A DNA stretch of 63,752 nt, filler included, from Parasitella parasitica NRRL 2501 (lineage: Eukaryota; Fungi; Mucoromycota), in the NCBI GenBank assembly GCA_025201805.1. It is 10 parts of 10 records of this genome, joined end to end, with 100 filler letters (N's around TTAATTAATTAA, not from the genome) between each part and the next. Parts side by side here need not be neighbours in the genome. Positions count along the whole stretch, not along the records: positions 1 to 19,156 come from MU619347.1; 9 more parts are not named here. The stretch is one strand, 5' to 3'. How positions within the stretch are numbered: position 1 is the stretch's first letter; each line of letters begins with the position of its first letter. Below, in pieces: positions 1-14,469 of the stretch. Under the pieces are notes generated by a model. The model searched no databases and was not told the DNA's origin. It saw only the letters and a program-made list of their open reading frames with translations. The position numbers and the translations under genes were made by a program.

Positions 1-43
1 ATAAAGAACAGAATAAACAATGTCTTTTGCGCCATAAGAACAC

Positions 44-138
44 GCATGATCATCGCTATCTGAGCATAGCTTGATTTCCACTAGGCAATGTCTCTATCAA
101 AAGTTATCTGCAAAAACAGTTTTATTTTTCAATATTTA
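44..138. repeat. Dispersed repeat family A (second copy at 61910-62004)
   Basis: Near-identical to 61910-62004 (GCATGATCATCGCTAT...TATCAAAAGTTATCTGCAAAAACAGTTTTATTTTTCAATATTTA). Confidence 0.85.
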
Positions 139-652
139 TCATAAATACCACATATTTGCTCATAACTTGTGCTAAAATGACAGTAGAACCGAGGTCTAAC
201 TTGGAAAACTTAGTAATAACTTGGCGCTATCTGGCAACAGCATTGATATCCATGTTTTCAACGATATCTATAAAATTATCAGATGATATCCTAAATTTTC
301 ATATCAGAATTTCATATAAGCGCAACCATCGGTCGCCCAAATTGCCAGTGGCAAAATTTTTGGAAATTCGGAGTTTCAAAATTTAAACACCGCAATTTTT
401 TTTAATTGTTTCTCTACATCTGGTTGTACTGTAGTTTTTTGACGTTTATGAATATAAAATAAAAACGCAAAGAAGATAGGAAATGGTCTACTTAAAAAAA
501 TTAATATCTTGTGATAGTTTAAAATAGGAATATGTTAAGCAGCAGAGCACTTGAGAATTGATATACTTTAAATATATTTGATAAGTCCTTACCTTCATAA
601 TGAAAATGTGTCCGACTATTTATTTTTTTGTAATTACTTTGATATATTAATC

Positions 653-940
653 TCCTAACCCGAAAACTCAAACTCAAGTAAACTGAATAATACTGAGACA
701 TATCTCAGAAGATGATGTTCCTTATTTATAACTCAACCTGACATGTTCATGGACAATAGATACAATCTATCGTCGCATACTCTAAATAACACCATGTCTC
801 ACGCTTACACTTTATATCCCCCAATCAGTCTACTTAGATTCACTAGTATATAAATCATCATATTTTCAACGTAATAAACAGGATCTTTGCCCGGTTAACT
901 CACAATCGTTTTATTTGAATGATTTCTCATTCTGATAAAT
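653..940. repeat. Dispersed repeat family B, probable non-autonomous TE (copies at ~58727-58929 and ~62190-62490)
   Basis: Shared blocks such as AAACTCAAGTAAACT, CATGTTCATGGACAATAGATACAATCT and ACTTAGATT.ACTAGTATATAAA. Confidence 0.8.
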
Positions 941-1241
941 CATTGAGTTCTGAGTTTAGTTGAAGTTGGCTTCAGCAATTAAAAAATACTCCTTTGTACA
1001 CTTGAATAGTGTAGCCTAACAAATCTCGTTGTCCACTGGAAGAACACCATTACGGTAATATTTTAAAAAAAAGACATATTTAATAATATCAAAATATCAT
1101 TATCACAATACATTTGAAATTTATTCACATATGACAAAATAGTGCTAACTTTAATATCTGCTTGCGGTGGTTCATGTCTCTTACATCAAAATCCTCAATC
1201 CTAATTTTCAAATAAGTGAGTTTGGCCTTGTCAAGAAAATA

Positions 1242-2572
1242 TCAGTTATTTACACTAACACTACGGCTGTTACTAGGACTGCGGCTACGGCTACTACTAG
1301 GACTACGACTACGGCTACTACTAAAATCTCTGCTATCGCGGCGATTACGACGATATTGAGGTGATCTGCTACGGCTATAACTGTGACTATAGCTACGCCC
1401 TCTACGACGAATAGAGGATCTGCTACGACTGACACTATGACGATGCCTAATAGGTGATCTGCTAAGGCTCATGCTAGATCCAAGAGAGCGACGACGACTA
1501 ACAGGCGATCTACCACGGCTGACATAGCTTTGGCGACGACGAAGAATAGGCGATCTACTGTAACTTCTATTGCGAGGACTACGGCTGCGACTGTAGCTGG
1601 ATCTTCGACTGCGGCTACGGCTACGGCTATCACTATCACTTGAGTGGCTACTGATGCTGCTATTGCTACTACTACTACGACTAAGGCTACGGCTGACGCT
1701 GTAGCTAGGACTACGCTTACGAGATTTGCGAGGAAGTGGAGAGGCGCTCAAATCTCTAGATCTCTTCAAAGGTTTCTTTACGTCAACACTGGATTGCTCT
1801 TTCTCTGTTTTACGATTGCTTGCTTCTTTTTCTTTAAGACGCTTTTCTTCTGCCTTTTGCCGTTGGCGCTTTTGTTTTTCGATTTTTTCTTGGCGAGCAA
1901 TCTTTGCTTCGATTTCTGCCTCTCTCCTAGCCTTTTTTTCCTCTTTAAGCTTTGCCTGTAGATCGCGATCAAAAGCAGCACCTTCGACGTACTCTGATTT
2001 GATTTTAAGCGCTTTTTTCATCTTTTCATTTGCCTTTTCTTTTGCAGCGGCCAATTGATGTGTCTCGTATTCTTTCAGACTTTTCAACAGATAAGTACAA
2101 CCGACCATGGTACGTAAGCATAATGTTACTTACTTTCTGCTATCGGTTTGACTTTCCTTTTCAATATCTGCCATTAGTTGATCCCTTAAAGCCTGCACTT
2201 TTTCCTCGATTGCCTCCTCATCCAAGCTATTGGACATAAAGTGTTAAGTTGATTGAAGGGAAATAAGTGTGATGTAATTTACCCTTCATTTTCTAGTTTG
2301 ATAGTAAGCTCCATACATTTAACTTCGACTTTACGCTTGCGATCATGATCCAAAATGGCCATATTAGCCTTCTTTACCTTGGGATTTGATTTAAAATCAT
2401 TAATATTTCTATCTCTATCGGATGGAGGTGGTTTGACAAAAGACAAGTTGCGAATAACATATCCGTTGGTCCCTTTCAGTAAACATGGCTTTAATACACT
2501 CTACATGATATATGAATGCTAGCTAAAATTACCAGAACCACGAGGAGTGCTCAAGCCAATACCGTTATACAT
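1242..2572 (-). CDS. CWC21: Pre-mRNA splicing factor Cwc21/SRRM2-like, RS-rich C-terminus (multi-exon)
   Basis: Exon 1 from ATG at 2572 reads MYNGIGLSTPRGSG, then TNGYV. Later exons give a cwf21-type segment (LDHDRKRKVEVKCMEL) and a long RS-repeat tail. Confidence 0.93.
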
Positions 2573-2743
2573 GGTAAACTAAACAAGTGATATAAAGGGG
2601 AACGAAAAGCTTTAGCAAGCCTCCATTGCAGAAAGCTCTCAAATACTTGTTAAATCAGAGTCACATTAGATTGCCATGGCGAGCCCCTCATGTCGAATTG
2701 AAGCCCTTTTGCTTCCATAAAACTAATACAACTTACTTGGATA

Positions 2744-4965
2744 ATGAATATTGATGATATCTTCAAGGTAGCAAGCGCTTAGTTGAATTAGACTATCTCT
2801 TTAACGCGTTTATTGTGTTATAGGTTCCAGCTATCCCAACTGGCCGCAATAAAAGGAAAATGCCTGCTACTCCAGATATGGAATTCTTTGACAAGTACAA
2901 AGAAGCATCTAGTCTAGCTGCTGAACAAGCCGATGGCGAGCCTTCCTCTAAAAGAAGAAATATCGAAGAAGATCATGTTGAAAATGAGGACGAGCCATAC
3001 ATAGCTGAAAAATACCAAGACGAAGATGCCGCATTAGAGGACGAAGAAGGTAGATTTTTCGGCGGTGGATTGACAAGTGAGCAAAGCAACATCCTCGATT
3101 TAGTAGATGAATACGATGTAGATGAAGTAAGATAAATTTGGCTAGCTAACTTACATGTGTAAACTCTGATGCACTATGGCAGACTGAAGCATTGACAGCT
3201 ACCAATGTCAAAAAAATGATCCTCAAATTTGAGAAAGCCATTAACAAAAACCAAGAAATGCGAGTGCGTTATGCAGATCAGCCAGAAAAGTTTATGGAAT
3301 CAGAGGCCGATTTAGATGAAGAAATCAAAAACCTCTTAACACTGACTGAAGCGCCTCAGATGTATCCTGAGTTTGTTAAACTTGGAAGTGTTTCTTCTCT
3401 CATGTCACTTTTGAGCCACGAAAATACAGACATTGCTATTGACACAATCGACCTCATCAATGAACTCACAGACGAAGACGTTGGGGTTGGATCGTCTGAG
3501 GAGGAGATGGAGAGATCTGAACAAGTGCAGGTTTGCATCAAGGCTTTTGTTGATGCGATGGTAATTAGGAATTTGACGACTAATGAATTTTACTAAAAAA
3601 TTATGACTTAGTTGCAAAATGAACTCTTGCAACTGCTAGTAGAAAATTTAGGCAGAATGAACGAACAAGAAGAATCGGATCGCCAAGGTGTTTTCAAGGT
3701 TTTGGGTATTCTGGAAAATGTTATTTCATTAGACCCCAAATACGCACAGGATATTGCATTGAAAACTGATATTTTACCTTGGTTGCTCAAAAGATTACAA
3801 GTCAAAGAATTTGATGCCAACATTGGATATGCCAGTGAAATACTTTCAATACTTTTACAAGACGATAGAGGTAAATCAAGTTGTTTGTCCGATAGAAACA
3901 TATCATTCAATTGCAATTTGGCTAGATATTCGTTTAAAAGTGGGTGAATTAGACGGTATAGATATCCTTTTGAGAGCGTTATCCGTAAGTCCTTTTTTGT
4001 ATTACAAATTACTTCTAATCCAGCATTCTTAATAGGCATATAAACGTAAAGATGCTTCATCCGAAGATGAGACTGAGATGGTCGAAAACTTCTTTAATGC
4101 CATCTGCTCATTACTTAACGAACAAGAAAATAAGCAACGTTTCTTGGATTCTGAGGGTATCGAATTGATGGTAATTATGATCAAGTAAGTATCTTGGGGT
4201 TTTTTTAAATGAATAACCGTACGCTAATAAAAGTGCGTAGAGAAAAAACGCTATCTCGCATCAGAGCTGTCAAGGTGCTCAATTATGCACTCAGTGGAGA
4301 TGAAGGTGGCAGAGATAGGTGTATTCGGTTTGTTGATGCTTCTGGTCTCAAATCCTTATTTCCTTTATTTATGGGAAAGGGAAACAGAAAGTTAAAAAAA
4401 TCACACCACTCTGCATTTAATGAGTCTGAAGATGAAGGTAGATGCTTTCTCAACGGTAGCAACTTCAAGTACTAATTTTTTCTGTCTTTTAGAACACATT
4501 GCCTGCATTATTCTATCACTGCTGAGGTATCTCACCCAAGAAGATGTGCAAAGAATGAGATTACTGCTCAAATTCACCGAAGATGATTATGAAAAGGTTG
4601 ACCGTCTTGCTGAAATGAAGGAGCAGTACGAAAACAAAGATGATGCCGTCAAAAAAGAGCTTGAAGATGCAAGGGGCCATTTAGACGAAGAAGATCTTGA
4701 AGATTTCGAAGCTGATTTCTATGTCAGAAGATTGGATGCAGGCTTATTCACTTTGCAGCGGGTTTGTTTATTGATTGCAGCTTTAAGTGAAGAGAACAAG
4801 GGTGTGCGTGATAGGGCAACCATGTTGCTGAAAAGAAAAGGACAAGATATGTTAGGTGTGTTTAAGATTATTGAAGAAGAAACTGCCCTCATGGCAGACT
4901 TTATCTCATTAAGACGTATTGCAAAAGGTAATGATATCAAACCTTCCAAAGAAGAAAGCAAATAA
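2744..4965 (+). CDS. CTNNBL1: Beta-catenin-like protein 1 (Prp19/NTC-associated), multi-exon
   Basis: Motifs EEGRFFGGGL, KFMESEADLDEEIK, LLSHENTDIAI and RRLDAGLFTLQ. ORF pieces are joined by GT-AG introns. Confidence 0.93.
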
Positions 4966-5331
4966 TAAAAATATGTGCACATCATTATGGTGGGACACTG
5001 CAACGTTGACGTTAGAGGAATTACAAACTTCAAATATCGCAATACAATGCACCCTAACTTAAATAATATACAAACCTTGTAGTTTCATAAAACTTACATG
5101 ATTATAATGCTCGAGTTCACTATAACCGCTATACCCAAAATAATGATGCCGATGCTGCGCACACAGATGCGCGGCATCACGGAGAGAGTAATAAATAATT
5201 GGCATTTCATATTGAATATACCCAACAAACAATCCCTAGCCACTTCAACTGCACATTTCTACAATCAACTCTATTTCATCTGTTCCCTCACCCAAACATT
5301 TAGGCCACCAAGAGGCTGACAAATACAAATT

Positions 5332-5610
5332 TTATTTAACTTTATGTGGTACTTCAACAACCAAGTGTTCACCTGTAGTATACATTTGACTGATTGCAGC
5401 TTGACGTTTTACGACGGCTAGTTCTTGCTCTGCTTTGGCTACGAATGTTGCAATTTTTTCGGGTGATGTTTCTGTCATGTTGGAACGGAAAGAATCTCTT
5501 GAACGGCGAAGAGTATAATCTCGGAAATTGTAGGACGAAAACTTGTTTCCATGACGGATGAAATTACGATAAAGGGAAAGGACTTTTTGTGAGGACGCAG
5601 CAGTGGCCAT
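5332..5610 (-). CDS. ISD11: LYR-motif protein 4, Fe-S cluster assembly factor
   Basis: VLSLYRNFIRHGNKFSSYNFRDYTLRRSRDSF...ELAVVKRQAAISQMY is the LYRM4 signature. Likely start MATAASS at 5610. Confidence 0.92.
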   Translation of the reverse strand: MATAASSQKVLSLYRNFIRHGNKFSSYNFRDYTLRRSRDSFRSNMTETSPEKIATFVAKAEQELAVVKRQAAISQMYTTGEHLVVEVPHKVK

Positions 5611-6439
5611 TGTGAGTTGGTTGCGTTTATAAGAAAGTACCAAGTTTTCAGCAGGTGATGGGGTCATTTTAAGTGATTGACCTGAGGTGCGCCATAACCA
5701 ATCAACCTGATTAGTGACTTTCATCTCATCATCTCTATTACTATAACAAACTATTCATCCACATTTTGTTTAGGCCCCTTTTACTTGTTTTGTTTCCATT
5801 ATCATATTATTTCGTAAATATGATTAAAAAGCGTCGCTATATCCTGTTGATGAATCACGCTTGAGAACAAAAAAATACTAAACTGGTGTCGACAATAAGC
5901 AGTAATTGTGGACTCGTCAAAGGTTTGATCTCATTTTTCATTGTTAAAAAATGTCTCATTATTATTCCAGAGCTACGGTATATTAGAGGAAGTATTTTCG
6001 TCACTCTACACACAAAATAGGCACCAGCTGATTACCATATGAGTAGCACTGTGTATCATTTGAAAAAAAAATAGCAAATTTAGTCAGATCTGCGAGTAGG
6101 TTACCATAACAACTGAATGCAAATTTCACATTAAATTTCCATAGCAACTAAATAACTTGCAAAAGAAGCATGATTCCTTTCAACTTGTTCCTTCGAAAAT
6201 ATACAAACAAACCTGAATTAAGCGGATTTCCGATGACACAAAAGCAATAGCATTACCACCACCAGCGAAAACGCTTTAACTAATATCAAATGTGCGTATT
6301 TAACAGTCTTGAAGAAACCCAACGAATGAAAGTTTTTTTTTTTTTTTTTTTTTTTTTTTGGTATATTTTATGTTCATTTATTTTTTTATTTTTTTCCTCT
6401 TTCTTCTTCTTCATACTTACTTTTGTATATATATTTTTG

Positions 6440-7144
6440 ATGAAGGATACGATATTTGAAATGAAACAGGCAACGACGAGGGAAAATATTACCTATCACT
6501 TTCAGCCCAATGATCAATTAAATGCTATCAAAGATGCCATTGTAAAAAAATTTAACAGTAAACGAAAGTTGTCAACATCGTTATCCTCAATAGAAGAATC
6601 TCCCATAAATTTACAACACCATATTGGTGGATTGCCTTCACCGCCAGTCGAAGAAAAAAAGGTTATCTCTAAGCTACCTTCCCCAACTCCCACACAACCA
6701 TCATTAACTAGCCAAGAGATTCGAGAAAAGATTCAGCATTTAAAGGATGAGAAGCACAGGCTTTTCCAATTGATCAAACAAATGATGATGGAAGAAGAAA
6801 ACAAAAAGCGACAAGCAAAAACCCAGGAATTAGAGAAGAAACAACGAACATTACCACAATCAACTTCAACAACACTAGCACCGCAACAGCAAACCAAAAA
6901 GAGAAGTAGATGGGGAGCTCCAGCAGTAGATACATCTCCTTTCTACAGCAGCAATTCTTACTTTTATTCTCGTCCTCCATCACTTTCTCGATACAATTCT
7001 GGTTATCCTTATTCCAATGTAAGTATAGATGAACACAATTACCTTTTTTTTTTCTAAATGTATACTTTATAATAGCAACAGAGATCTAGACAACATCATT
7101 TACAGCAGTATTATCTACCATCCCGACCTCCTTATTCAAGATAA
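6440..7144 (+). CDS. Hypothetical protein with coiled coil and Pro/Ser-rich segments (one intron)
   Basis: ORF MKDTIFEMK...LPSPP...EKIQHLKDEKHRLFQLIKQMM. GTAAGT donor near 7019, acceptor at 7075, stop 7142-7144. Confidence 0.65.
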
Positions 7145-7733
7145 ATGAATCTAGCATGTCTGCCAACTGTTCCTTTTGTATAAGACTCCTCCTCAAAACC
7201 AAATCTTTTCTATATATTGTACAATACACTATTATCTTCTTTCTTAGTACCACCCTTTTGATCCACTCTACTCCACTCTCCCTACTCACTAAAAAACCAC
7301 ACCCGCCCATAAACACATATATATATATTACATTATCACTTTCCCCTCCTTTCTTTTATTACTATTACTTAATGTTTAATCTTAATCTGATAATAAAAAA
7401 TAACATCAGTAATCTTTTGTTTCAATAGGACAAATGAAAAAAAAAAAGTGATTGAATCTTTGCCACGTTTAACCAGTAAAATTAGATTTGTTTATTAGGT
7501 GAATGATTTGAGCATAATATTAAAAGGTAAAGGAAAAGGGACGAAAGAAATACATAAGAAATATAAGTCTATAATGTATAAATATATACTGATTCTATCA
7601 TATAAAAAATTGTTCTATAAATCTATAAGGGTTCACATATGACTTTGCAAAAGTCTGAGCATATAATTAAAATAAAGTAGTAGTTGTAAAAAAAAGGGGA
7701 GGGGGGTCGAAAGTAATTATTAATGAGCTTGCT

Positions 7734-8970
7734 TTAAGATGTTGGCTTCTTTGCAAGCCAACAATTAAAGCGAGAAAATCCGCGGTATTCTTCGAATTCT
7801 GCTAAAACTTCCTGCACAGCCATCTCATAATCCTCAGGCGAAATTCCCCATTTCGACACATAGAAGCTTTTTCTGTTACGTAAAAATGCCTTCTGAATTT
7901 CCTTATTGATAAAGCCGAATTGCTTTAATTCTAAAATCATATTAGCTTACAAAAAAACATGACACTTATCTTATTCAAATACTTACCAGAATCTTGGGGC
8001 CATTCACCAATGGGTATATCTATTGTTCGATGATCTAATTCTAAAAATCCAATCGCCTCGAGCTCCTTGGAAACGATACCAGTGAATGCAAAATCAAGAC
8101 CGTCCTCTACGCACTGATTTTGGTAAAATTCGTCAAACGCTCTTTGCACTGGGCCGGGATTATGGTGAACTAAATCAGCTTCCAGTAATTCAATCGTTCC
8201 TCCAGGTTTTAAAACTCGAAGCATTTCACTCAAGACATGAGACCATTGATCTTTTTGAATGCTTTGTCCCATATTACGTTGAAATATACTAGATGTAATA
8301 ATAAAAAAGTAAGTTACATACGTCAAATAATGCATTATATAAAATCTTACAAATCAACCGAATTAGATTCAAATGGCCATATTTCAGTAATATCTGCTTC
8401 GTGATAGTTTAAATTTTTTGGTCTTCCCTGCTGTTCGACAGGAGGGCGCAGATCAAGTCCAATGACTTTACAGTCGATCTGTTCAGAAGCCATTTCAAGG
8501 GCCCAAATCCCATTACCCGTGCCAACGTCTACAATTGTCATTGAACCTCCAATCTCACCCCATGTGTTGGATTTACGAGCGCTTTTCAACAAATAGTGCT
8601 ATTATATTCGATACATCAAAATATATTTACACACAAAGATTGACACCATGCTTACCAGTCTTTGAAGTCTGTCACTTTCTCTAAAATCTTCTTGGGCAAG
8701 GCTCTTTTTTCTACCAGAGAAAAATTCAGTAATGGATTGGCGTCTTGATTTTGTTGAAGCAGGCAAAGGCGGGATTGTGTGAATTAGAGTTGGATCTTGC
8801 TTTTCGTCGATCCAGTCATAGTTGGCTTGAATACTTTTTGTTGCCGCCATAATAAGAGAAGAATGAGAGAGACCACTCAAGGTAATCGTACTTCTGCGAC
8901 GGTTATTCTTTGAGCGTCTCTCTTTTCTTTCTTTTGATTTTTCAATCACTTTGCTTGCTTGATTTCCCAT
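7734..8970 (-). CDS. Class I SAM-dependent methyltransferase with putative N-myristoylation site (multi-exon)
   Basis: IVDVGTGNGIWALEMA (motif I), EMLRVLKPGGTIELLE and IPIGEWP. Starts MGNQAS (MGxxxS). Confidence 0.85.
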
Positions 8971-10540
8971 TATTATTGTGTTAAACTATAAAGAAGAAGA
9001 GAAAAGGGTAAAAAAAAAGAAATAAATGAAAGAATGAATTAAATACGAATAAAAAGAACGTGTAAATAAGGTTATAAAAAAGGGTTTTTTTTTCTCAGGA
9101 AAAAAGAAAAAGACAAGGAAAAAGGAGAAGAAAATGAAGCTATCGACAAAATTATACAAATTATATATTATCGGAATAACCAATCCGAACAATGGAATCT
9201 ATTATGTCGTACAGCTTAGAAACGATAGAATCGTACTGTTACAATTCTTTTGAGCTGCTGCACAGTAAACATTCATTCTCTTTTAGTTTAGTTACCATGG
9301 TAACTGAACTTTAGTCAAATAGCATGATCTGTTACTTTTATGTTTCATTCTGTTGCCATATGTCAAGTAGACAGCCGAATAACGAAATCTGATGAGCAAT
9401 TTTGCTATAGTAACCACCAGACGGCAATATAATATAAAAGGTATTTTACTAACGACGATCCGAGATTATGATTAGATGCATTAATTATATATATAGCAAT
9501 TCAATTTATCGTTTGGTTATAATTTGATTATATTCATTTATGAAAGATTGCCGTCCTGCAGGGAAAAAAGTATATATAATATATAGCGATGCATCATTTC
9601 AAAGTGAACTTGAAAATGCGTCATATGTGTGAAATGCCTTGCTTATATAATTTGCAAGTTGAACCTGTATCTAAATCAAGTTCCTTGCTTAATCAATATA
9701 AAATACAGTGCCACAGATGCTTTGGTTTTCTTTTCTTATTCTTATAATCAGGATTGTTAATCTCTGTACATTACACATTACAATAAAGAAAAAGTGAATA
9801 GGGAGAGAAAGACGAACGGATCCGAAATAAATGATAGTAGTTACCCAGCTGCATGGATTGTTCTAGGGCAACTTGGACAATTTATTGTATATTCGCGTGG
9901 CATGGTTAAAAGCTTTTTTAGGTGATACTTGGTAACTAAGATCGCCACGTTTAGATATATCCTTCTTGTTTACATCAAATATTACCTGCATCAATTATCA
10001 TCTGACAATCAACTGTTGTTTAACAACTATCCTCAGGTATACATTCATAGAGACATAAGTGGGTTCAATTCATTGTGATGTTTGTTTATTCAAATCTCAT
10101 TATTAAATTTAAATCCAACATTTGAGGTTTTGTTTGAGTCTTGAATCATTTTGCAGTTGCATACATGAGCTTATATGCCAATAAAAAGGCACTTGAGCAA
10201 TTATGCTCATAGGCCATTATTATGTGCAGTCTTCTTTCTGCTGTTATAGATTCTTCTCCGCACCTGCATAAGTTTTCGTATTAATATTGTTTCAATATGA
10301 AAAAAATGAGGTGTTTATGAACACGATACATGAGAATGACCATCAGATGCCTCTCTTTTCAATAGTAATTTTAATTTTACGATTCATTGGGATATTAAAA
10401 TGTAATGTTAAAGTATATCTGATGGCCAGATATTACACCACTGCTTGTGGGTTGATGCGTGGACTAGGGTTTTGCAATACTGTAACCATCGAACGGAAAA
10501 GGGTATTTTGACTTATGCTTAATACGCATAACAATGGCCT

Positions 10541-12236
10541 CTATCCCGAATTTTGGTTAAACAGTTTGACCAAGATTTCTTTGTATTGGTTTTGCCACGT
10601 ATTATCCTTGTATTCCTTGGCAACATTTTCACGTAGATAATCCAATTTTTTGGGATTTTTAACAAATAATTCCTAAGTAAAAATTGTCAAGATGTTTGCT
10701 TGTATTATGGCAATTGATTTTTTTTACCACAAATTGTTCTGATAAATCTTCGCTGTTCTCAAATATCAACCCGTTCTTCCCATCATGAACCAATTCATCC
10801 AAACTAATAAATGTAAGCATATCAGCCTTTGTGTCCGCCTCAACAACTTACCATGGAAAATTAATGGCGCAAACAGGAAGGCCGCAGCCAAACATGTCAA
10901 CGACCTTCATTGGAAGATCCATCCCGCTAGAACTGGTATGTAAAGAAACACCCAAATCTGCACTACCTAATAGTAATGGGTAATCTCCTGTCTCCAACCA
11001 AACTGTAATAATTCTGGTCTTTCTCAAGGTCATTTGTTTGATTTTTTCCTGATAAAGTTTCTTTTGTGGACCACTGCCAGTGATTACATATAATAATCGA
11101 GGATCTGAAGGCTTGGCTGATGCTTCGTACAATTCTACAGCCTTCAACAGGGCTGAAAAGTCTTCATCTTCAGTCCAACTAGTAGAGGATACAATCAATT
11201 TAGGTCGATCCTGTCTCCAAATCAAGTGTCCCTCTTTCGTGGCGTCGGTCAATAGTGTTCCCAATTCAGGATCATTGTATTTTCCCAGAAATGCTTCTCC
11301 TCCAGCTGTTTCCTTCACTAGATCTTCTATTACTTTGAGCGAATATGTGAATTGCCGGTGCGTTTGCTCAATACCCAAACGCTTGAAATCAGATTGAGGC
11401 TTATCACGCACTGTCAGAACTTGTCCTTCCACTTGCCAATTGTCTTTTAATTCTTTATGCATGGCTTCAGTGACGCACATGTGGGCAAAAGCGGTCTTGC
11501 CATAGCGTTGTTCGTACCATTTGGCCAAGCGCACCACTTTATGGTTCATGCCTAATTTTATGCCAAGAATGGAATACCCAAAATTATGCCAATCAATAAT
11601 AAACCACGATTTACGCATGTAGGCAACGAATTTAGCGATAAAGAGAGTGGGAATTGATGGTGGGTTCTACTTGCTGTATTAATATGCATTTTGAAAGACG
11701 AAAATTACACTAGTAATATAGTTTCGTACCTGGACGATAATAAAATCTGGTTTCTGTGAGATGCAACCCATAATCCAAAATAGCTGTACTGATAAAAATA
11801 TTGCCTTGAAAGGGGCCCATAGTAAATAGAAAGTCTTTGGAAAACCTTCGGGAATAGACCAAGCTTGGCGGATGGGTCGAACGCGGATATGCCGATTAAC
11901 ATTGACTCTGGCGCCTGGATTTGTTTCTATCATATCCTGAATTAATTGCCACGAATACAACTTGATTGAGTTAATTCAGTCTTTACCTGTATAACCTATC
12001 AAATCTACTGTACATCCTGAGTCTGCTAGTGAGGTAGCGTGATATCTCATACGTGGCGAACGCCCAATATCGCCCAATACAACCACTTGTACCATGAGTC
12101 GTCTTCGAAGTCCAGTACTTCCAGAGTTTTCAAATATGTACATTCCCAATAATCGGCCAAATATAACATAGACACAAAGGACAGCCATTAATGCGCCCGT
12201 AAGTGTAAAGTATTCACCTTCTGCTATCATCCCCAT
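10541..12236 (-). CDS. ALG1: Chitobiosyldiphosphodolichol beta-1,4-mannosyltransferase (multi-exon)
   Basis: [39 protein letters not shown] and [27 protein letters not shown]. Last exon ends ...KLFNQNSG*. Confidence 0.95.
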
Positions 12237-13029
12237 CGTAATTAATTCGTGTGAAGACTAGAGAAAAGAGGTTAGCGAAAAGAACTGGTTTGGTGCACGA
12301 ATTTCATTACACGAAAAGGGAGGTTGAAATCCAGTTACTTGGTCAAATTGCGAAGGCTGGCATACTGCCCATGCAGAAATTTTCATAGAAGGTTTTTATC
12401 CGCACATCTATTCAATATGCACATCCGTCAGATGCTGTTGAAGTACTTTCTTGGAGGTTATATGAGTACTGGGTACAATGGAAACACTGGATTATTAAGT
12501 CAAATTTAAGCAGCTATTGAAATTGTCTGCAATCTCTCAACATTAAAATACAGTTCGTATTGGAAACTATCCTATTGTTCAGAGCTATACTTTATTTAAG
12601 TTTTTTTTTTTATTCTGATACCAAATCCTCATTATGAGGTATATTCTATTCTTTTACCAGTAGGTTTTTTACTGGAAATCTCGAGTTTCCTGTGACTAAT
12701 GGAAAATGTGTTTTCGGCCGTAAATGCATATTTTTTTGTAATCATATGTCAATGTGATAAAACGAAAAAATTTCGAGTAATAACATTCTAGAACCCTTCA
12801 AAATTACATTTGCGTAGAATTTGATATTCGCATTTTATAGTGTCTTTTGTGGTAATAATAATATCCTCTCTCGGGAAACAACTTGAACGTTTTCTCAAAA
12901 TGATGCGATACTGGGGCATTTGAACGAAGTGATACCTCTTTCTAATGTGACCTTGCAATTGTGGCTTGATATAAAAAAATAATACCATTATCAATTGTAA
13001 ACCTTCTTTGATTTATCCAGATCTAGATC

Positions 13030-14175
13030 ATGCCAATCACTTCTGCCCGAGACGTTGATGATCCTTGCTATCAAGAGATTGTATCCAGAATCTATCTCGG
13101 TTCCTGTGAAGCTTTTAAAAAAGAAATTATCACCGAAAAAAAAATCACACATGTTCTCTCACTTGGTGATTTTGACAATGATTTAGATATTGAACTTGAA
13201 TATAAGGTACGAACAAATGAAATCATAAAAAAACCAAAAAATTAACTTATAAACAAGTAGAATATCAATATTATGGATATCGATGAGCAAAACATTATTC
13301 AATATTTTGATGAGACCAACGAATTTATTCAAGAGACGTACAAAGCAGGGGGCAGAATTTTGATACATTGTCAAGCTGGTGTGTCGAGAAGCCCTGCTGT
13401 GCTGGCTGCTTGTTTAATGAAATCGAAAAAGATCAATCATGATGAAGCTCTTGAAATCATCAAGCGAAAACGACCCAATGTTGCTCCCAATGCTGGGTTT
13501 TTGGAGCAACTTATACTATACTTTGATCTGGGATTCGATGTCGATGCCAAGCATGTAGAATATAGACGTTTTTTGGTAGCCAGTATGGCAGAAGAACAGA
13601 AAAGTTAGTGAAAGGGATGAAAATTGGGTGCAACTAAGTCTAATAATTATATAGATTATGGTTACATTGAACATGTTGCACTGGCTGCTGATCCAGAATA
13701 CACACCTTTGACATCAGCAAGCGACAACAAGGAATTCAAAGCTCTGAGATGTAGAAAATGTAGACGTATGTTGGTTGGATCAGAGCATGTGGTAGACCAT
13801 AAAGCAGGACAAGGCCAGATTTCATTTTCATATCATAAACGCAATTCGGACATCAGTGTTACCACTGCTGCAATATCTACTGGGGAGTCAGAAGTCAATG
13901 CATCTCTGAATAAAGTCAATGCCTCGTTAAACCCTCTGCTAGCATCATTAGCTATTCAAAATAACACATGCTCATCATATTTCATTGAGCCTATGCAGTG
14001 GCTAGAAGGGTTGATTGATGATGTGCAAGGGAGGATTGACTGTCCAAAATGTCAATGCAAACTGGGTGCTTATAATTGGTCTGGAGATCAATGCTCTTGT
14101 GGTCGTTGGATCACTCCAACTTTTATGTTGCATCGTAATAAGGTTGACGAGGTTAGAAATGTTACAAGGAAATAA
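13030..14175 (+). CDS. YVH1: Dual-specificity phosphatase Yvh1/DUSP12 with C-terminal Zn-binding domain
   Basis: Catalytic loop IHCQAGVSRS, then LRCRKCRRML and CPKCQCKLGAYNWSGDQCSCGRWITP. Confidence 0.93.
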
Positions 14176-14469
14176 ATATGCTTTTATCCGTCATTATTTG
14201 TACATAAAAATTTGAAAATATAAAGAAATTACACACTTGAGTATACATCATAAGGACGCTCATGAGATTTATTTTCAATAAACGAAGATTCTGACTAAAA
14301 ATTCCATCTCAATTCAAAATGCTCGCACAATCCTGGTAAGTAAGCATCTTTGTTGCCAATTAAAACTTACTCATCAAAATTACAATTTGTGGGGTAGAAA
14401 AAAATAAATAAAACCTCAACACTACACAAACATCCAATTTCTTTTCCTTGCTTACATTACAAAGAAGAT

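Noticed and set aside
1167-2058. Overlapping antisense and alternate-frame ORFs
   Set aside because: Shadows of the RS-repeat coding region of CWC21.
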